Positions 55,024 to 64,000 of a stretch of DNA of 64,000 bases are shown one piece after another (position 1 is the stretch's first letter; the number at the start of each line of letters is the position of its first letter). The DNA comes from Candidatus Eiseniibacteriota bacterium (lineage in GTDB: Bacteria > Eisenbacteria > RBG-16-71-46): positions 128,001 through 192,000 of the forward strand of contig JBBRLX010000004.1 in NCBI GenBank assembly GCA_038231135.1, given 5' to 3'. Position numbers and translations under genes: made by a program. The notes below the pieces were generated by a model. It did not search any database and was not told where the DNA came from. It was given only the letters and a program-made list of their open reading frames with translations.

Positions 55024-56770
55024 GGTCGTCGTTGAGCCCGCGCTCCCGCGACCACGCGCGCACGTCCTCGACGATGCCGGCGACGATGTCGGCGGCCGGC
55101 AGATCCGCGAGCCTCGCGATCGCGCGCTCGATACGCTCCTCGCCGAACTGCTCGCGTGTCGCGGATTCGGCCTCGGACACGCCATCGGTATACAGCACCA
55201 GCACGTCGCCGGGCGCGAGGGCGATCGGCCGTTCCTCGTAGCGCGCGTCGGGCAGCACGCCGAGCGCGACGCCGCCCTCGACCAGATAGTCGATCGTCCC
55301 GTCCCGGTGCCACAGGATCGGCGGATTGTGACCCGCGTTCGAGAAGATCAGCATGCGGTTCTTGTGGTCGAGCACGCCGTAGAACGCCGTGACGAACTTG
55401 TCGCGGTCGGTGCTCTCGTGCACCAGCGAATTCACCTTGTGCATCACCGCGCGGATCGCGAACTCGTTGCGGATCTCCGCGAGCAGGCTCATGCGGAATC
55501 CGGCCATGATCAGCGCCGCCGGGATGCCCTTGCCCGACACGTCGGCGATCGCGATGCCGAGCCGCGTGTCCGACACCGGGATGTAATCGTAGTAGTCGCC
55601 GCCGACTTCGTCGTGGGACACGGTGGTGCCCGCGATGTCGAAGCGCGGCAGCGTCGGCGAGCGCTTGGGCAGGAACGAGCGCTGGATGTCGCGCGCGATC
55701 GCCAGCTCCTTCTCGAGGTGCCGCCGCTCGAGCAACTCGCGCGTGAGCCGCGCCCGCTCCACCGCCACCGCCGCCTGCGCGGCGAACGCGGTCAGGATCC
55801 CGAGGTGGCCCTCGTGGTAGGCGTCCTCGAGATCGCTCTCGAGGTTGAACACGCCGATCGTGCGGCCCTCGACCGCGAGCGGCGCCGCGACCTCGCTGCG
55901 CGTGTCCGGGCGCGCCGCCACGTAATGCGGATCGCGCTTCACGTCGGGCACGATGATGGGATTGCCGGTCTTCGCCACCCAGCCCACGATCCCCTGCCCC
56001 ACCTGGAGCTGGAACGCGTGATCCGACCCCTCGGGATATCCCACCTCGCTGACCAGCTCGAGCGCCAGCGTGGTGCGGTTGACGAGGTAGATCGCCGCCG
56101 CGTCGTAATCCACCACCTGGTGGAGTGCCTTGAAGATCGTGACCACCAGCTCGTCGAAATCGACCGACGCCGACAGCGTGCGGCTCACCTCGAGCAGCAC
56201 TTCGCGCTCGAGCGAGCGGCGCTCGGTCTCGTCGTAGAGCAGGGCGTTGTCGAGCGCGAACGCGATGTGCTCCGCGGCGGTCACCAGGTTCTCGAGGTCG
56301 CGATCATCGAAATCCCCGCCGCCCTTCTTGTCGATGCACTCGATCGCGCCGAACGCCGCGCCACGGCGGAACAGCGGCACCACGAGCGCGGTGCGCAGCT
56401 CGGGCACCGGGCCGCGGAACTCGGGACGCGGACCGGCCGCGGTCAGCCGCAACGGCTCGCCGAGGCCGATCACCCAGCCCGCCAGGCCCTCGCCGCGTCG
56501 CAGCCGGCGCTCGACCGGCTCGCCCTGGGGCGGGAATTCGCGCGCCACCAGCCGGCGGCCGCCGCGGCGGGCCAGCCACACCCGCACGGTCTCGGCGCCG
56601 ACCACCTTCTGCGTGTGCCGGATCACCGCCTGCAGCAGGTCGTCCATGTGGGTGGCGGCCTGGAAGCCGTCGCCCGCGATGTCGCCCAGCGCCGTGATCG
56701 TGCGCAGGGCGATGTCCGAGCCCGGCGACGGCTGGGAAGGAGCGGGGTCGCTCCGCGAGGAGGTGGTCAT
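54989..56770 (-). CDS. GAF-GAF-PP2C (SpoIIE/RsbU-type) phosphatase
   Basis: Two GAF domains (GEGLAGWV, GQGIVGWV). VGGDYYD, IADVSGKG.PAAL, NAGH.PP, LYTDGV.EA, DDLT. Confidence 0.93.
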   Translation of the reverse strand: MTTSSRSDPAPSQPSPGSDIALRTITALGDIAGDGFQAATHMDDLLQAVIRHTQKVVGAETVRVWLARRGGRRLVAREFPPQGEPVERRLRRGEGLAGWVIGLGEPLRLTAAGPRPEFRGPVPELRTALVVPLFRRGAAFGAIECIDKKGGGDFDDRDLENLVTAAEHIAFALDNALLYDETERRSLEREVLLEVSRTLSASVDFDELVVTIFKALHQVVDYDAAAIYLVNRTTLALELVSEVGYPEGSDHAFQLQVGQGIVGWVAKTGNPIIVPDVKRDPHYVAARPDTRSEVAAPLAVEGRTIGVFNLESDLEDAYHEGHLGILTAFAAQAAVAVERARLTRELLERRHLEKELAIARDIQRSFLPKRSPTLPRFDIAGTTVSHDEVGGDYYDYIPVSDTRLGIAIADVSGKGIPAALIMAGFRMSLLAEIRNEFAIRAVMHKVNSLVHESTDRDKFVTAFYGVLDHKNRMLIFSNAGHNPPILWHRDGTIDYLVEGGVALGVLPDARYEERPIALAPGDVLVLYTDGVSEAESATREQFGEERIERAIARLADLPAADIVAGIVEDVRAWSRERGLNDDLTLLVVKANPD

Positions 56771-56849
56771 GGGGTGGGCGAAGCTAGCATGGGGCAACCG
56801 ACCCAACAACAGCACGCAGGACGGCCCGCCCAGTGCCCCGCGGATCCCC

Positions 56850-56877
56850 TGAACTTCACCCCGGAGACGGCCGATAA
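56850..56877 (+). promoter_or_regulatory. Possible sigma28/FliA-like promoter for the pilB-like gene
   Basis: Exact GCCGATAA -10 box at 56870-56877, with an imperfect TGAACTTC upstream. Confidence 0.35.
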
Positions 56878-56924
56878 TCCACTTGCGAAGCCCTGATTTA
56901 CCGACGTGCTACCCGGGGATCTCC

Positions 56925-58883
56925 ATGGCAAAGGATCACAAGCGCCTGGGCGAAATGCTGATCGAGGCGAAGCTCATCACCGAGAACGACCTCGAACGCG
57001 CGATCGCCGAGCATCGCCGCAGCGGCCGGCTGCTGGGTGCCACGCTCATCGCGATGGGCCTCGTGAAGGAAGAGGCCGTGCTCGAGGTGCTGCAGGTTCA
57101 GCTCGGGCTCAAGCTCATCGACCTCACCGACACGGTGGTCGACGAACAGGCGCTGTCGCGGATCAAGGAGGAGGTCGCGAAGAAGTACGGCGCCCTGCCG
57201 GTCGAGATCGAGGGGCGCTCCACGCTGGTGGTGGCGATGGCCGATCCGCTCAACGTGGCGGCGCTCGAGGACCTGCGGTTCCACAGCGGCATGTTCATCC
57301 GTCCGGTGCTCGCGAGCACCGAGCAGATCTTCGAGGCGATCGAGCGCTACTATCACATCGACAAGTCGGTCAACGAGGTGATGCGCAACCTCGTCCAGGA
57401 CGACGGCGACGTGATCGTGAACCGCGTTTCCGAGGACGCCGCCGAGCCGATCGACGAGCTGCGCAAGGAGGCCGAAGGCCGCCCGATCGTGCGGCTCACG
57501 AACTGGGTGCTGCATCGCGCGATCGATCTGCGCGCGAGCGACATCCACATCGAGCCCCAGGACAAGGAGCTGGTCGTGCGGCTGCGCATCGACGGCATGC
57601 TGCAGGAGCTGCAGCGGTTTCCCAAGTGGTCGCAGAGCGCGCTGGTGTCGCGGATCAAGGTGCTGTCGAACCTCGACATCGCCGAGAAGCGCGCGCCGCA
57701 GGACGGCCGACTCCGGATCGAAGTCGAGGGCCACCGCGTCGACATGCGCGTCTCGACGCTCCCGGTCACGAACGGCGAGAAGGTCGTGATGCGGCTGATC
57801 GATCAGCGCAACGCCCTCGCCGGCCTCGACGACCTCGGGTTCTACGCCGAGGATCTGGCCCGCGTGAAGTCCTACCTGGAGCGCCCGCAGGGCATCCTGC
57901 TCGTCACCGGCCCCACGGGCTCCGGCAAGTCGACGCTGCTGTACGCGGCGCTGCGCCACATCCAGCACGTCACCAAGAACATCGTGACGGTCGAGGACCC
58001 GGTGGAGCGCCAGATCCGCGGCATCAACCAGGTGCAGGTCGACGAGAAGGGCAAGAAGACGTTCGCGGGCGCGCTGCGCGCCATCCTGCGCCAGGACCCG
58101 GATGTCATCATGATCGGCGAGATCCGCGACAAGGAGACCGCCCAGATCGCGTTCCGCGCCTCGGTGACCGGTCACATGGTGCTGTCGACGGTGCACACCA
58201 ACGACGCCGCCAGTGCCGTCACGCGCCTGATCGACCTCGGCCTCGAGCCGTTCATGGTGGCGTCGTCGCTGATCGGCGTCGTCAACATGCGGCTGGTGCG
58301 AACGATGTGCCCCAAATGCCGGGACACCTACGAGGCCGACGCCGCCACGCTCAACCGGTTCTCGGGGAACGTGCGTCCCGAGGGTGCCGTCACGCTGCAG
58401 CGCGGCCGCGGCTGTGCGTCGTGCCACAACACCGGGTACTACGGGCGCACGGGCATCTTCGAGGTGCTCCCGATCGACGACCAGGTGCGCACGCTCGTGC
58501 AGCAGGGCGTGTCCGATTCCGCGATCCGCCAGGCGGCCATGGAGGCGGGCATGCACTCGATTGGCGAGGACGGTCTGCGCAAGGTGCTCGAGGGGCGCAC
58601 CACGCTCGACGAGGTCAGCCGCGTCATCTACCTGGCCCAGCAGGCCGGCAAGGTGTGCCCGGCGTGCAGCTCGGTGCTGAGCCACGACTTCGAGTACTGC
58701 CCGACGTGCGGCGAGTTCGTCGGCGAGCACTGCGAGAGCTGCCACCGCCGGCTGAGCACCGGCTGGGCGTACTGCCCGCACTGCGGCAGTGACGCCTCCC
58801 ACGAGATGGACGCCGACACCAAACCCAACCGGAAGCGCCGCCGCGCGCTCACGATGGACGAGGCGATGAAGAAGGCATCCTAG
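56925..58883 (+). CDS. GspE/PilB-family assembly ATPase with MshEN N-terminus and C-terminal double Zn ribbon
   Basis: RLGEML…LLGATL, ASDIHIEP, PQDGR, GPTGSGKST, TVEDPVE, LRQDPDVIMIGEIRD, STVHTN. C-terminal CPAC/CPTC/CESC/CPHC. Confidence 0.95.
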   Translation: MAKDHKRLGEMLIEAKLITENDLERAIAEHRRSGRLLGATLIAMGLVKEEAVLEVLQVQLGLKLIDLTDTVVDEQALSRIKEEVAKKYGALPVEIEGRSTLVVAMADPLNVAALEDLRFHSGMFIRPVLASTEQIFEAIERYYHIDKSVNEVMRNLVQDDGDVIVNRVSEDAAEPIDELRKEAEGRPIVRLTNWVLHRAIDLRASDIHIEPQDKELVVRLRIDGMLQELQRFPKWSQSALVSRIKVLSNLDIAEKRAPQDGRLRIEVEGHRVDMRVSTLPVTNGEKVVMRLIDQRNALAGLDDLGFYAEDLARVKSYLERPQGILLVTGPTGSGKSTLLYAALRHIQHVTKNIVTVEDPVERQIRGINQVQVDEKGKKTFAGALRAILRQDPDVIMIGEIRDKETAQIAFRASVTGHMVLSTVHTNDAASAVTRLIDLGLEPFMVASSLIGVVNMRLVRTMCPKCRDTYEADAATLNRFSGNVRPEGAVTLQRGRGCASCHNTGYYGRTGIFEVLPIDDQVRTLVQQGVSDSAIRQAAMEAGMHSIGEDGLRKVLEGRTTLDEVSRVIYLAQQAGKVCPACSSVLSHDFEYCPTCGEFVGEHCESCHRRLSTGWAYCPHCGSDASHEMDADTKPNRKRRRALTMDEAMKKAS

Positions 58884-58980
58884 GTGCGCGCCGCCCGGAC
58901 CGCGTCACAGCGTTCCCCGCGGCCACCACACCTCACGGCCCTCGGGGCCGGCCGCATTCGTCGCCTCCTACCTTCCGCAT

Positions 58981-59011
58981 CACACCCCCACCCGGCACAC
59001 CCCCACCCCGG
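58981..59011. repeat. Short direct repeat (CACACCCCCACCC(C)GG, 2 copies)
   Basis: Two tandem copies of 15 and 16 nt just upstream of the methyltransferase start. Confidence 0.7.
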
Positions 59012-59022
59012 CACTGCCAGCC

Positions 59023-59676
59023 ATGAAGACCCTGCTGAAGAATTCGTTGCCGAAGCCCGTCTGGGCGTTTCTCAGGGGGTCGTATTACGGCATGCGGACG
59101 CTGCAGCTGAAGCTGCTGGGCCGGCCCCGGTTCACGGGCGAGACCACCAAGGCGTTCCACCGGCGGTTACGCGAGGGGTTCTTCGACAAGTACTGTCAGG
59201 GTCGCGGCCTCGATATCGGCTACGGCGGCGATCCCATCACGCCGAACGTCGAGGGGTGGGACTTCGAGGACGGCGACGCCCAGTACCTGGCGGGCGCACC
59301 GAACGAGGCCTACGACTTCGTCTACGCCTCGCACACGATCGAGCACATGGTCGACTGCGACATCGCGCTCACGAACTGGTGGCGCGTCACCAAACCGGGC
59401 GGCTACCTGCTGCTGTACCTGTCGCATCGCGAGATCTACGAGAAGAAGCCCACGCTGCCCTCCCGGTTCAACTCCGACCACAAGCACTTCTTCCTGCCCG
59501 ACCGCGACGAGCCGCCGGACACGCTCGGCGTGCGGCCGCTGCTCGAGCGCGTGCTGCCGGGTTCCGAGATCGTCTACGTGAAGGAGTGCGCGGAGGGCCA
59601 CACGATCACCGATCCGATGCGCATGAGCGACGGCGAGTTCTCGATCGAGGCCGTGGTCCGCAAGCGGCCGAAGTAG
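59023..59676 (+). CDS. Class I SAM-dependent methyltransferase (type 11-like)
   Basis: GLDIGYG, YDFVYASHTIEH, WWRVTKPGG. Confidence 0.88.
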   Translation: MKTLLKNSLPKPVWAFLRGSYYGMRTLQLKLLGRPRFTGETTKAFHRRLREGFFDKYCQGRGLDIGYGGDPITPNVEGWDFEDGDAQYLAGAPNEAYDFVYASHTIEHMVDCDIALTNWWRVTKPGGYLLLYLSHREIYEKKPTLPSRFNSDHKHFFLPDRDEPPDTLGVRPLLERVLPGSEIVYVKECAEGHTITDPMRMSDGEFSIEAVVRKRPK

Positions 59677-59680
59677 CGCG

Positions 59681-60781
59681 TCAGGACCGCGGCCGCGCCA
59701 CTTCGCGCAGCACCGCCAGCGCCGCCTCGGCGGTCCTTCGATAGGTCAGCTCCCCCGCGCGGGCGCGCGCGGCCGGGCGCATCGCGTCGCGCGCCGCCGC
59801 ATCGCCCGCCAGCCGCGTCACCTCGCTCGCCCACGCCGCAGGATCGCGCGGATCGACGTAGTCCGCCGCCGCCGCCCCCACCTCTCGGAATGCCGGAATG
59901 TCCGAGGCCACGATCGGCAGCCCATGCGCGAGGCCTTCCGCCAGCGGCAAGCCGAAACCCTCGTAGACGCTCGGGAACAGCAGTAGCTCGGCGTTCGCGT
60001 AGAGCCACGCCAGTTCCGACGGCTCGACCCAGCCCAGGTGCTGTACGCCGCGGGCGCCCGCGGCCGTCGCGAGCCCGGTGATCGACGGGTATGCGGGTTC
60101 GACCGGCCCGGCCGCCACGAGCGCCAGCGGCGGCGTGGCGCCCATCGCGGCCCACGCACGCGCGAGCACTCCGAGATTCTTGCGCGGCCGGTTGTCGCCC
60201 ACCAACAGCGCGAACCGGCCGGGCGCGAGCCCGGCAGGACGCGAGGGCGTGAGGCCGGGCCGCCACGGCAGCACGCCGAGCAGAATCGCACGCACGCGCT
60301 CCGGCCGCGCGTGCGTGAGCGCCAGGATCTCGCTGCGGCTGAACTCGCTCGAGGTGAGGATCATGCGTGCGCGGAACGCGAGTCCGAGGCTCGCCTCGTA
60401 GAGCAGGTTCCACACCGGCGACCGCCGGTAGCGCAACGGTTCCACGTCATGGAGCGTGAGCACCTCGGGCACCCCGGAAGCGACGGGCCGCAGCGCGAAC
60501 GGGCTGAAGTAGACGGACGGCTCGAGACCGCGCAGCCACGCCCCGGTCTGGATCGTGCCCCAGGGCTGGACCGGATCGATCGCGCGCTCCACCCACGTCA
60601 CCCGCGGATTCGCGCGCAGCCGCTCGAAATCGTAGCGCGTCTGGCGCAGCCCGCGATTCCACAGGAGCACGTAGCGCTCGTCGCCCGGCAACCCCAGCAA
60701 CTCGTCGATCAGCGCGAACGCGTGGGTGCCGATGCCGGCAAAGTGGTCGTTGGCGTAACGCAGGTCGTACGCGACGATCAT
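59681..60781 (-). CDS. GT-B (GT4-like) glycosyltransferase
   Basis: MIVAYDLRY…GIG, LTLHD, SEFSR, PRKN, FPSVYEGFGLPLAE, SDIP.FRE. Confidence 0.92.
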   Translation of the reverse strand: MIVAYDLRYANDHFAGIGTHAFALIDELLGLPGDERYVLLWNRGLRQTRYDFERLRANPRVTWVERAIDPVQPWGTIQTGAWLRGLEPSVYFSPFALRPVASGVPEVLTLHDVEPLRYRRSPVWNLLYEASLGLAFRARMILTSSEFSRSEILALTHARPERVRAILLGVLPWRPGLTPSRPAGLAPGRFALLVGDNRPRKNLGVLARAWAAMGATPPLALVAAGPVEPAYPSITGLATAAGARGVQHLGWVEPSELAWLYANAELLLFPSVYEGFGLPLAEGLAHGLPIVASDIPAFREVGAAAADYVDPRDPAAWASEVTRLAGDAAARDAMRPAARARAGELTYRRTAEAALAVLREVARPRS

Positions 60782-60982
60782 GCGTGCGTCACCGCGGCGC
60801 GGGGCTTCGGCATGCCATCCTCCGTGCGAGCGCCGCCACTCCCTGCGGAGGCGCGGGCGCACCATAGCACGAGCGCGTGGCCGTCCGGCGCGTCCCCGGG
60901 CGGTGGCGGGATCGCTGCGGACGCACTCGCAATGGACCGCCTCGCGGCGCCCGAAATCCCTGGCGCCGGTGTCACGCGACTC

Positions 60983-61012
60983 TTGATGCGCGCCCCGGCG
61001 CCCTCCTAGACT
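60983..61012 (+). promoter_or_regulatory. Promoter for cstA, probably leaderless
   Basis: TTGATG-N18-TAGACT, then only 6 nt to ATG 61019; no SD sequence. Confidence 0.6.
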
Positions 61013-61018
61013 GGGGTC

Positions 61019-62881
61019 ATGCCGGCTCTCTATCTGGTGGTGGTCTCGGCGCTCGTGGCGTTCATCGCCTACCGCACCTATGGCGCGTTTCTCGCGGCCA
61101 GGGTGGTGACGCTCGACGACCTGCGCGTCACGCCGGCGCACACGCTCGAGGACGGTCGCGACTACGTGCCCACCCACAAGTGGGTGCTGTTCGGCCACCA
61201 CTTTGCCGCGATCGCGGGCGCGGGCCCGCTGATCGGCCCGGTGCTCGCCGCCCAGTTCGGCTACCTGCCCGGGTTCCTGTGGCTGCTCGTCGGCTCCGTG
61301 CTCGCGGGCGGCGTGCACGATTTCGTGATCCTGACCGCGTCGGTGCGCAGCAACGGCCGCTCGCTCGCGAACATCGCCCGCGAGCAGGTGAGCCCCGTCA
61401 CCGGCACCGCCACCGCGATCGCGATCGTGTTCGTGATGGTCGTGGCGCTCGCGGCCATGGCGCTCGTGGTGGTGAATTCGCTCAAGGGCAGCCCGTGGGG
61501 CGTGTTCAGCATCGCGTGCACGATCCCGATCGCGCTCGCGATGGGCGTGTGGTCGCACACGATCCGCCCGGGCGCGTTCCGCGGCGTCACGGTGTTCGGG
61601 GTGGTGATGCTGCTGGCGGCGGTGGCGGGCGGCGCGTGGGTGCAGAACTCGCCGTGGCGCGGCGCGTTCACCCACCCCCAGCAGACGATCGCGATCGGAC
61701 TCATGGCGTACGGGTTCGTCGCATCCGTGCTGCCGGTGTGGCTGCTGCTGGCGCCGCGCGACTACCTGTCGTCGTTCATGAAGATCGGCGCGATCGCGCT
61801 GCTCGCGATCGGAGTGATCCTCGTCAATCCCAGGCTCCAGATGCCGGCGCTCACGCCGTACATCCACGGCGGCGGACCGGTATTCCCGGGCACGCTGTTC
61901 CCCTACGTGTTCATCACGATCGCGTGCGGCGCGATCTCGGGATTCCACTCGCTGATCGCGTCCGGCACCACGCCCAAGATGATCGATCGCGAGCGCCACA
62001 TCCTGCCGATCTCCTACGGCGCGATGGTGGTCGAGGGCTTCGTCGGCGTCATCGCGCTGGTCGCGGCGTGCTCGCTCAATCCCAACGACTACTTCGCGAT
62101 CAACGCCCGTCCCGAGGTATTCGCGAAACTCGGCCTCGCCGTCCAGCACCTGCCCGCGCTCGAAGCGCAGGTCGGGGAACAGCTCGCCGGCCGCCCCGGC
62201 GGCGCGGTATCGCTCGCGGTCGGCATGGCGCAGATCTTCTCCTCGATCCCCGGGCTCAGGGGGCTGATGGCGTTCTGGTACCACTTCGCGATCATGTTCG
62301 AGGCGATGTTCGTGCTGACGCTGATCGACGCCGGCACGCGGGTCACCCGCTACATGCTGCAGGAGGTCGGCGGCATGGCCGTGCCGGCGCTGCGCGCGTG
62401 GCTCGGGTTCGCGCCCGCGATCGTGTTCAGCGCGATCGCGGTGGCGGCGTGGGGCTACTTCGTGTGGACCGGCAGCGTGAGCGCGATCTGGCCGATGCTG
62501 GGGGTGAGCAACCAACTGCTCGCCGCGTTCGCGCTCGCGATCGGCACGTCGGTGCTGATCAACATGGGCAAGGCGCGCTACGCGTGGTGCACGGCGATTC
62601 CGCTGGCGTTCATGTGCGTGAACACGCTCACCGCCGGTTGGATGAATCTTAGGATCAACTATCTCGCGCCTCAGCTCGCGCAGGGCGCGCCGGGCCTGCT
62701 GGCCGCGTTCGCCGCGGCGCCGATGCCCGCCCGGCTGCAGTGCGTGATCACGCTGGTCGTGATGGCGCTGCTGATCGTGGTGATGGGCGACAGCCTCTAC
62801 CGCTGGTCGGCCGGCCTGCGCGGCCGCTCGATCGCGGACGCCGCACCCGACGCGGTGCTGCCCGAAGCCAGGGCGAGCTGA
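61019..62881 (+). CDS. cstA: Carbon starvation protein A family transporter
   Basis: TPAH…[51 protein letters not shown]; many TM helices. Confidence 0.96.
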   Translation: MPALYLVVVSALVAFIAYRTYGAFLAARVVTLDDLRVTPAHTLEDGRDYVPTHKWVLFGHHFAAIAGAGPLIGPVLAAQFGYLPGFLWLLVGSVLAGGVHDFVILTASVRSNGRSLANIAREQVSPVTGTATAIAIVFVMVVALAAMALVVVNSLKGSPWGVFSIACTIPIALAMGVWSHTIRPGAFRGVTVFGVVMLLAAVAGGAWVQNSPWRGAFTHPQQTIAIGLMAYGFVASVLPVWLLLAPRDYLSSFMKIGAIALLAIGVILVNPRLQMPALTPYIHGGGPVFPGTLFPYVFITIACGAISGFHSLIASGTTPKMIDRERHILPISYGAMVVEGFVGVIALVAACSLNPNDYFAINARPEVFAKLGLAVQHLPALEAQVGEQLAGRPGGAVSLAVGMAQIFSSIPGLRGLMAFWYHFAIMFEAMFVLTLIDAGTRVTRYMLQEVGGMAVPALRAWLGFAPAIVFSAIAVAAWGYFVWTGSVSAIWPMLGVSNQLLAAFALAIGTSVLINMGKARYAWCTAIPLAFMCVNTLTAGWMNLRINYLAPQLAQGAPGLLAAFAAAPMPARLQCVITLVVMALLIVVMGDSLYRWSAGLRGRSIADAAPDAVLPEARAS

Positions 62882-62897
62882 CGGCACCGGCCTCCCC

Positions 62898-63464
62898 ATG
62901 CGACGCACCGTCGTGATCGCGATCGCGCTGCTGGGATTGTGGACGTGGCATGTCGAGCTGTTCCACGTCAGCCCCCGCGGCGCCATCCCCCGCCCGCTGG
63001 CCACGGTCGCCGATTCCGCGCGCCGTGCCGTCGCCGTCGACGTGGTGCTGCCGCAGGTCCCGGGCGGCATGCGCCGCCTGCAGAGCGGCGCCGGCGTGCT
63101 GCTCGTGCACTACTGGGCGCCGTGGGAACACGACGGCGCCGCGCAGGCGACCGCGCTCGACTCGCTCCGCCACGAGCCGGGCATGGAAGAGATTCAGATC
63201 GTGATCGTATGCTTCGACCCGTTCCCGTCGGTGGCGCGCTACGTCGGCAAACACCAGTTGCGGCTGCCGGTTCTGCTGGATCACGGTCACCAGCTCACCC
63301 AGCCCCTGCCGTGCCCGAGCCTGCCCTACACGTATGTGATCGACCGCGGCGGCAGCATCGCGGTGGCCCAGGGCGGCGAAGTGGACTGGCTGTCCGCCGC
63401 CACCCGGCGGGCGCTGCGCGCGGTCGTCGCCGGGACTCCGCGGCCGGCCGAGCCGCCGTCGTGA
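62898..63464 (+). CDS. TlpA/ResA-like thioredoxin-fold protein lacking CxxC
   Basis: N-terminal anchor; VLLVHYWAPWEHDG, PVLLD, LPYTYVIDR.G. Confidence 0.8.
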   Translation: MRRTVVIAIALLGLWTWHVELFHVSPRGAIPRPLATVADSARRAVAVDVVLPQVPGGMRRLQSGAGVLLVHYWAPWEHDGAAQATALDSLRHEPGMEEIQIVIVCFDPFPSVARYVGKHQLRLPVLLDHGHQLTQPLPCPSLPYTYVIDRGGSIAVAQGGEVDWLSAATRRALRAVVAGTPRPAEPPS

Positions 63465-63758
63465 CTCGTGTCGATCCCGGCTGCGCCCGGGGCGCACGGC
63501 TCGGCCTCGCGCTGGGCGACGCACTCGGGACGACTCTCGAGTTCCAGACACGCGATTCGCAACCGCCGCTGACGGATCTCGTGGGCGGGCCAACTCGCGG
63601 GAGCGTTGTGCGGCGAACAGGCGCTGCCGACGGATTGGCTCGAACGGCAGGCGTGGCGCGAGCGGATCGTGGAGCTCGCGGATGCGCTGGCGCGGACCGC
63701 CAATGAGTCGGCCCCAGGCCGCGGACCTTCGCGACCGCCGGGACGCCCGGCTCCATGA
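63461..63758 (+). pseudogene. ADP-ribosylglycohydrolase (DraG/ARH) remnant with large internal deletion
   Basis: GTG overlaps the upstream stop. N-terminal ARGARLGLALGDALGTTLEF…LTDLVGG is joined near 63588, in another frame, to C-terminal GQLAGALCGEQALPTDWLERQAWRERIVELADAL. Confidence 0.8.
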
Positions 63759-63903
63759 CGACGGCGCCATGCCGGGCGGCGGCACGATCCCCGCCACCCG
63801 TCGCCTCGCCTCCCGGTGTTCACCGGACGGGCGGCCCGGACTGCACATTCGCGACGGCGCATTCTTCGGGCGCAGGCGCGGACGGCTACGGTATGATTCC
63901 CGC

Positions 63904-64000
63904 ATGTGGTACTCGCTCCTCCCCCTGCTCGCCCGCCTGATGATCCGGCTCGGCCGGACGCCTCCCGAGTCCGCGCCCACGCTCGGCCAGCTCCACGATG
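63904..64000 (+). CDS. Start of an unidentified gene, truncated by the window
   Basis: TATGAT at 63892-63897, 6 nt before ATG; open frame MWYSLLPLLARLMIRLGRTPPESAPTLGQLHD. Confidence 0.5.
   Translation, partial: MWYSLLPLLARLMIRLGRTPPESAPTLGQLHD

Overview
Very GC-rich (about 70% or more by eye) bacterial core-chromosome segment. The gene mix (PorV-like barrel, peptidase/PD40/Omp85 fusion, secreted proteins with a C-terminal sorting domain, long SecA) suggests a diderm of the FCB superphylum such as Ca. Eisenbacteria; this is inference only. Most genes are housekeeping genes on the minus strand: xerD, uvrC, dapF-dapA-dapB, xerC-topA-smg-secA, csp, purN-purC-purH-guaA, comEC, a glgC pair and trpS-scpA-scpB-rluB. 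The plus strand carries rpsT, an MltD-like gene, a pilB-like gene and cstA. I saw no CRISPR array, rRNA, tRNA, transposase or prophage. Notable items: (1) a peroxiredoxin split by an in-frame UGA at its catalytic position and followed by a SECIS-like hairpin, i.e. a probable selenoprotein, with a perfect 25-bp palindrome upstream; (2) a YqhH-like SNF2 ATPase with an N-terminal PcrA-type Tudor domain, coupled to a Zn-ribbon partner; (3) three apparent pseudo-enzymes (degenerate PP2C-TM-PEGA protein, Cys-less TlpA, GlgD-like subunit); (4) neighbouring ScpB and RluB with oppositely charged low-complexity tails; (5) three damaged genes (frameshifted dapB, site-2 protease remnant, internally deleted ADP-ribosylglycohydrolase); (6) several leaderless-type promoters; (7) a rod-like candidate ncRNA. 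Family calls come from motif recognition by eye, and most start codons were refined by hand; no searches were run.
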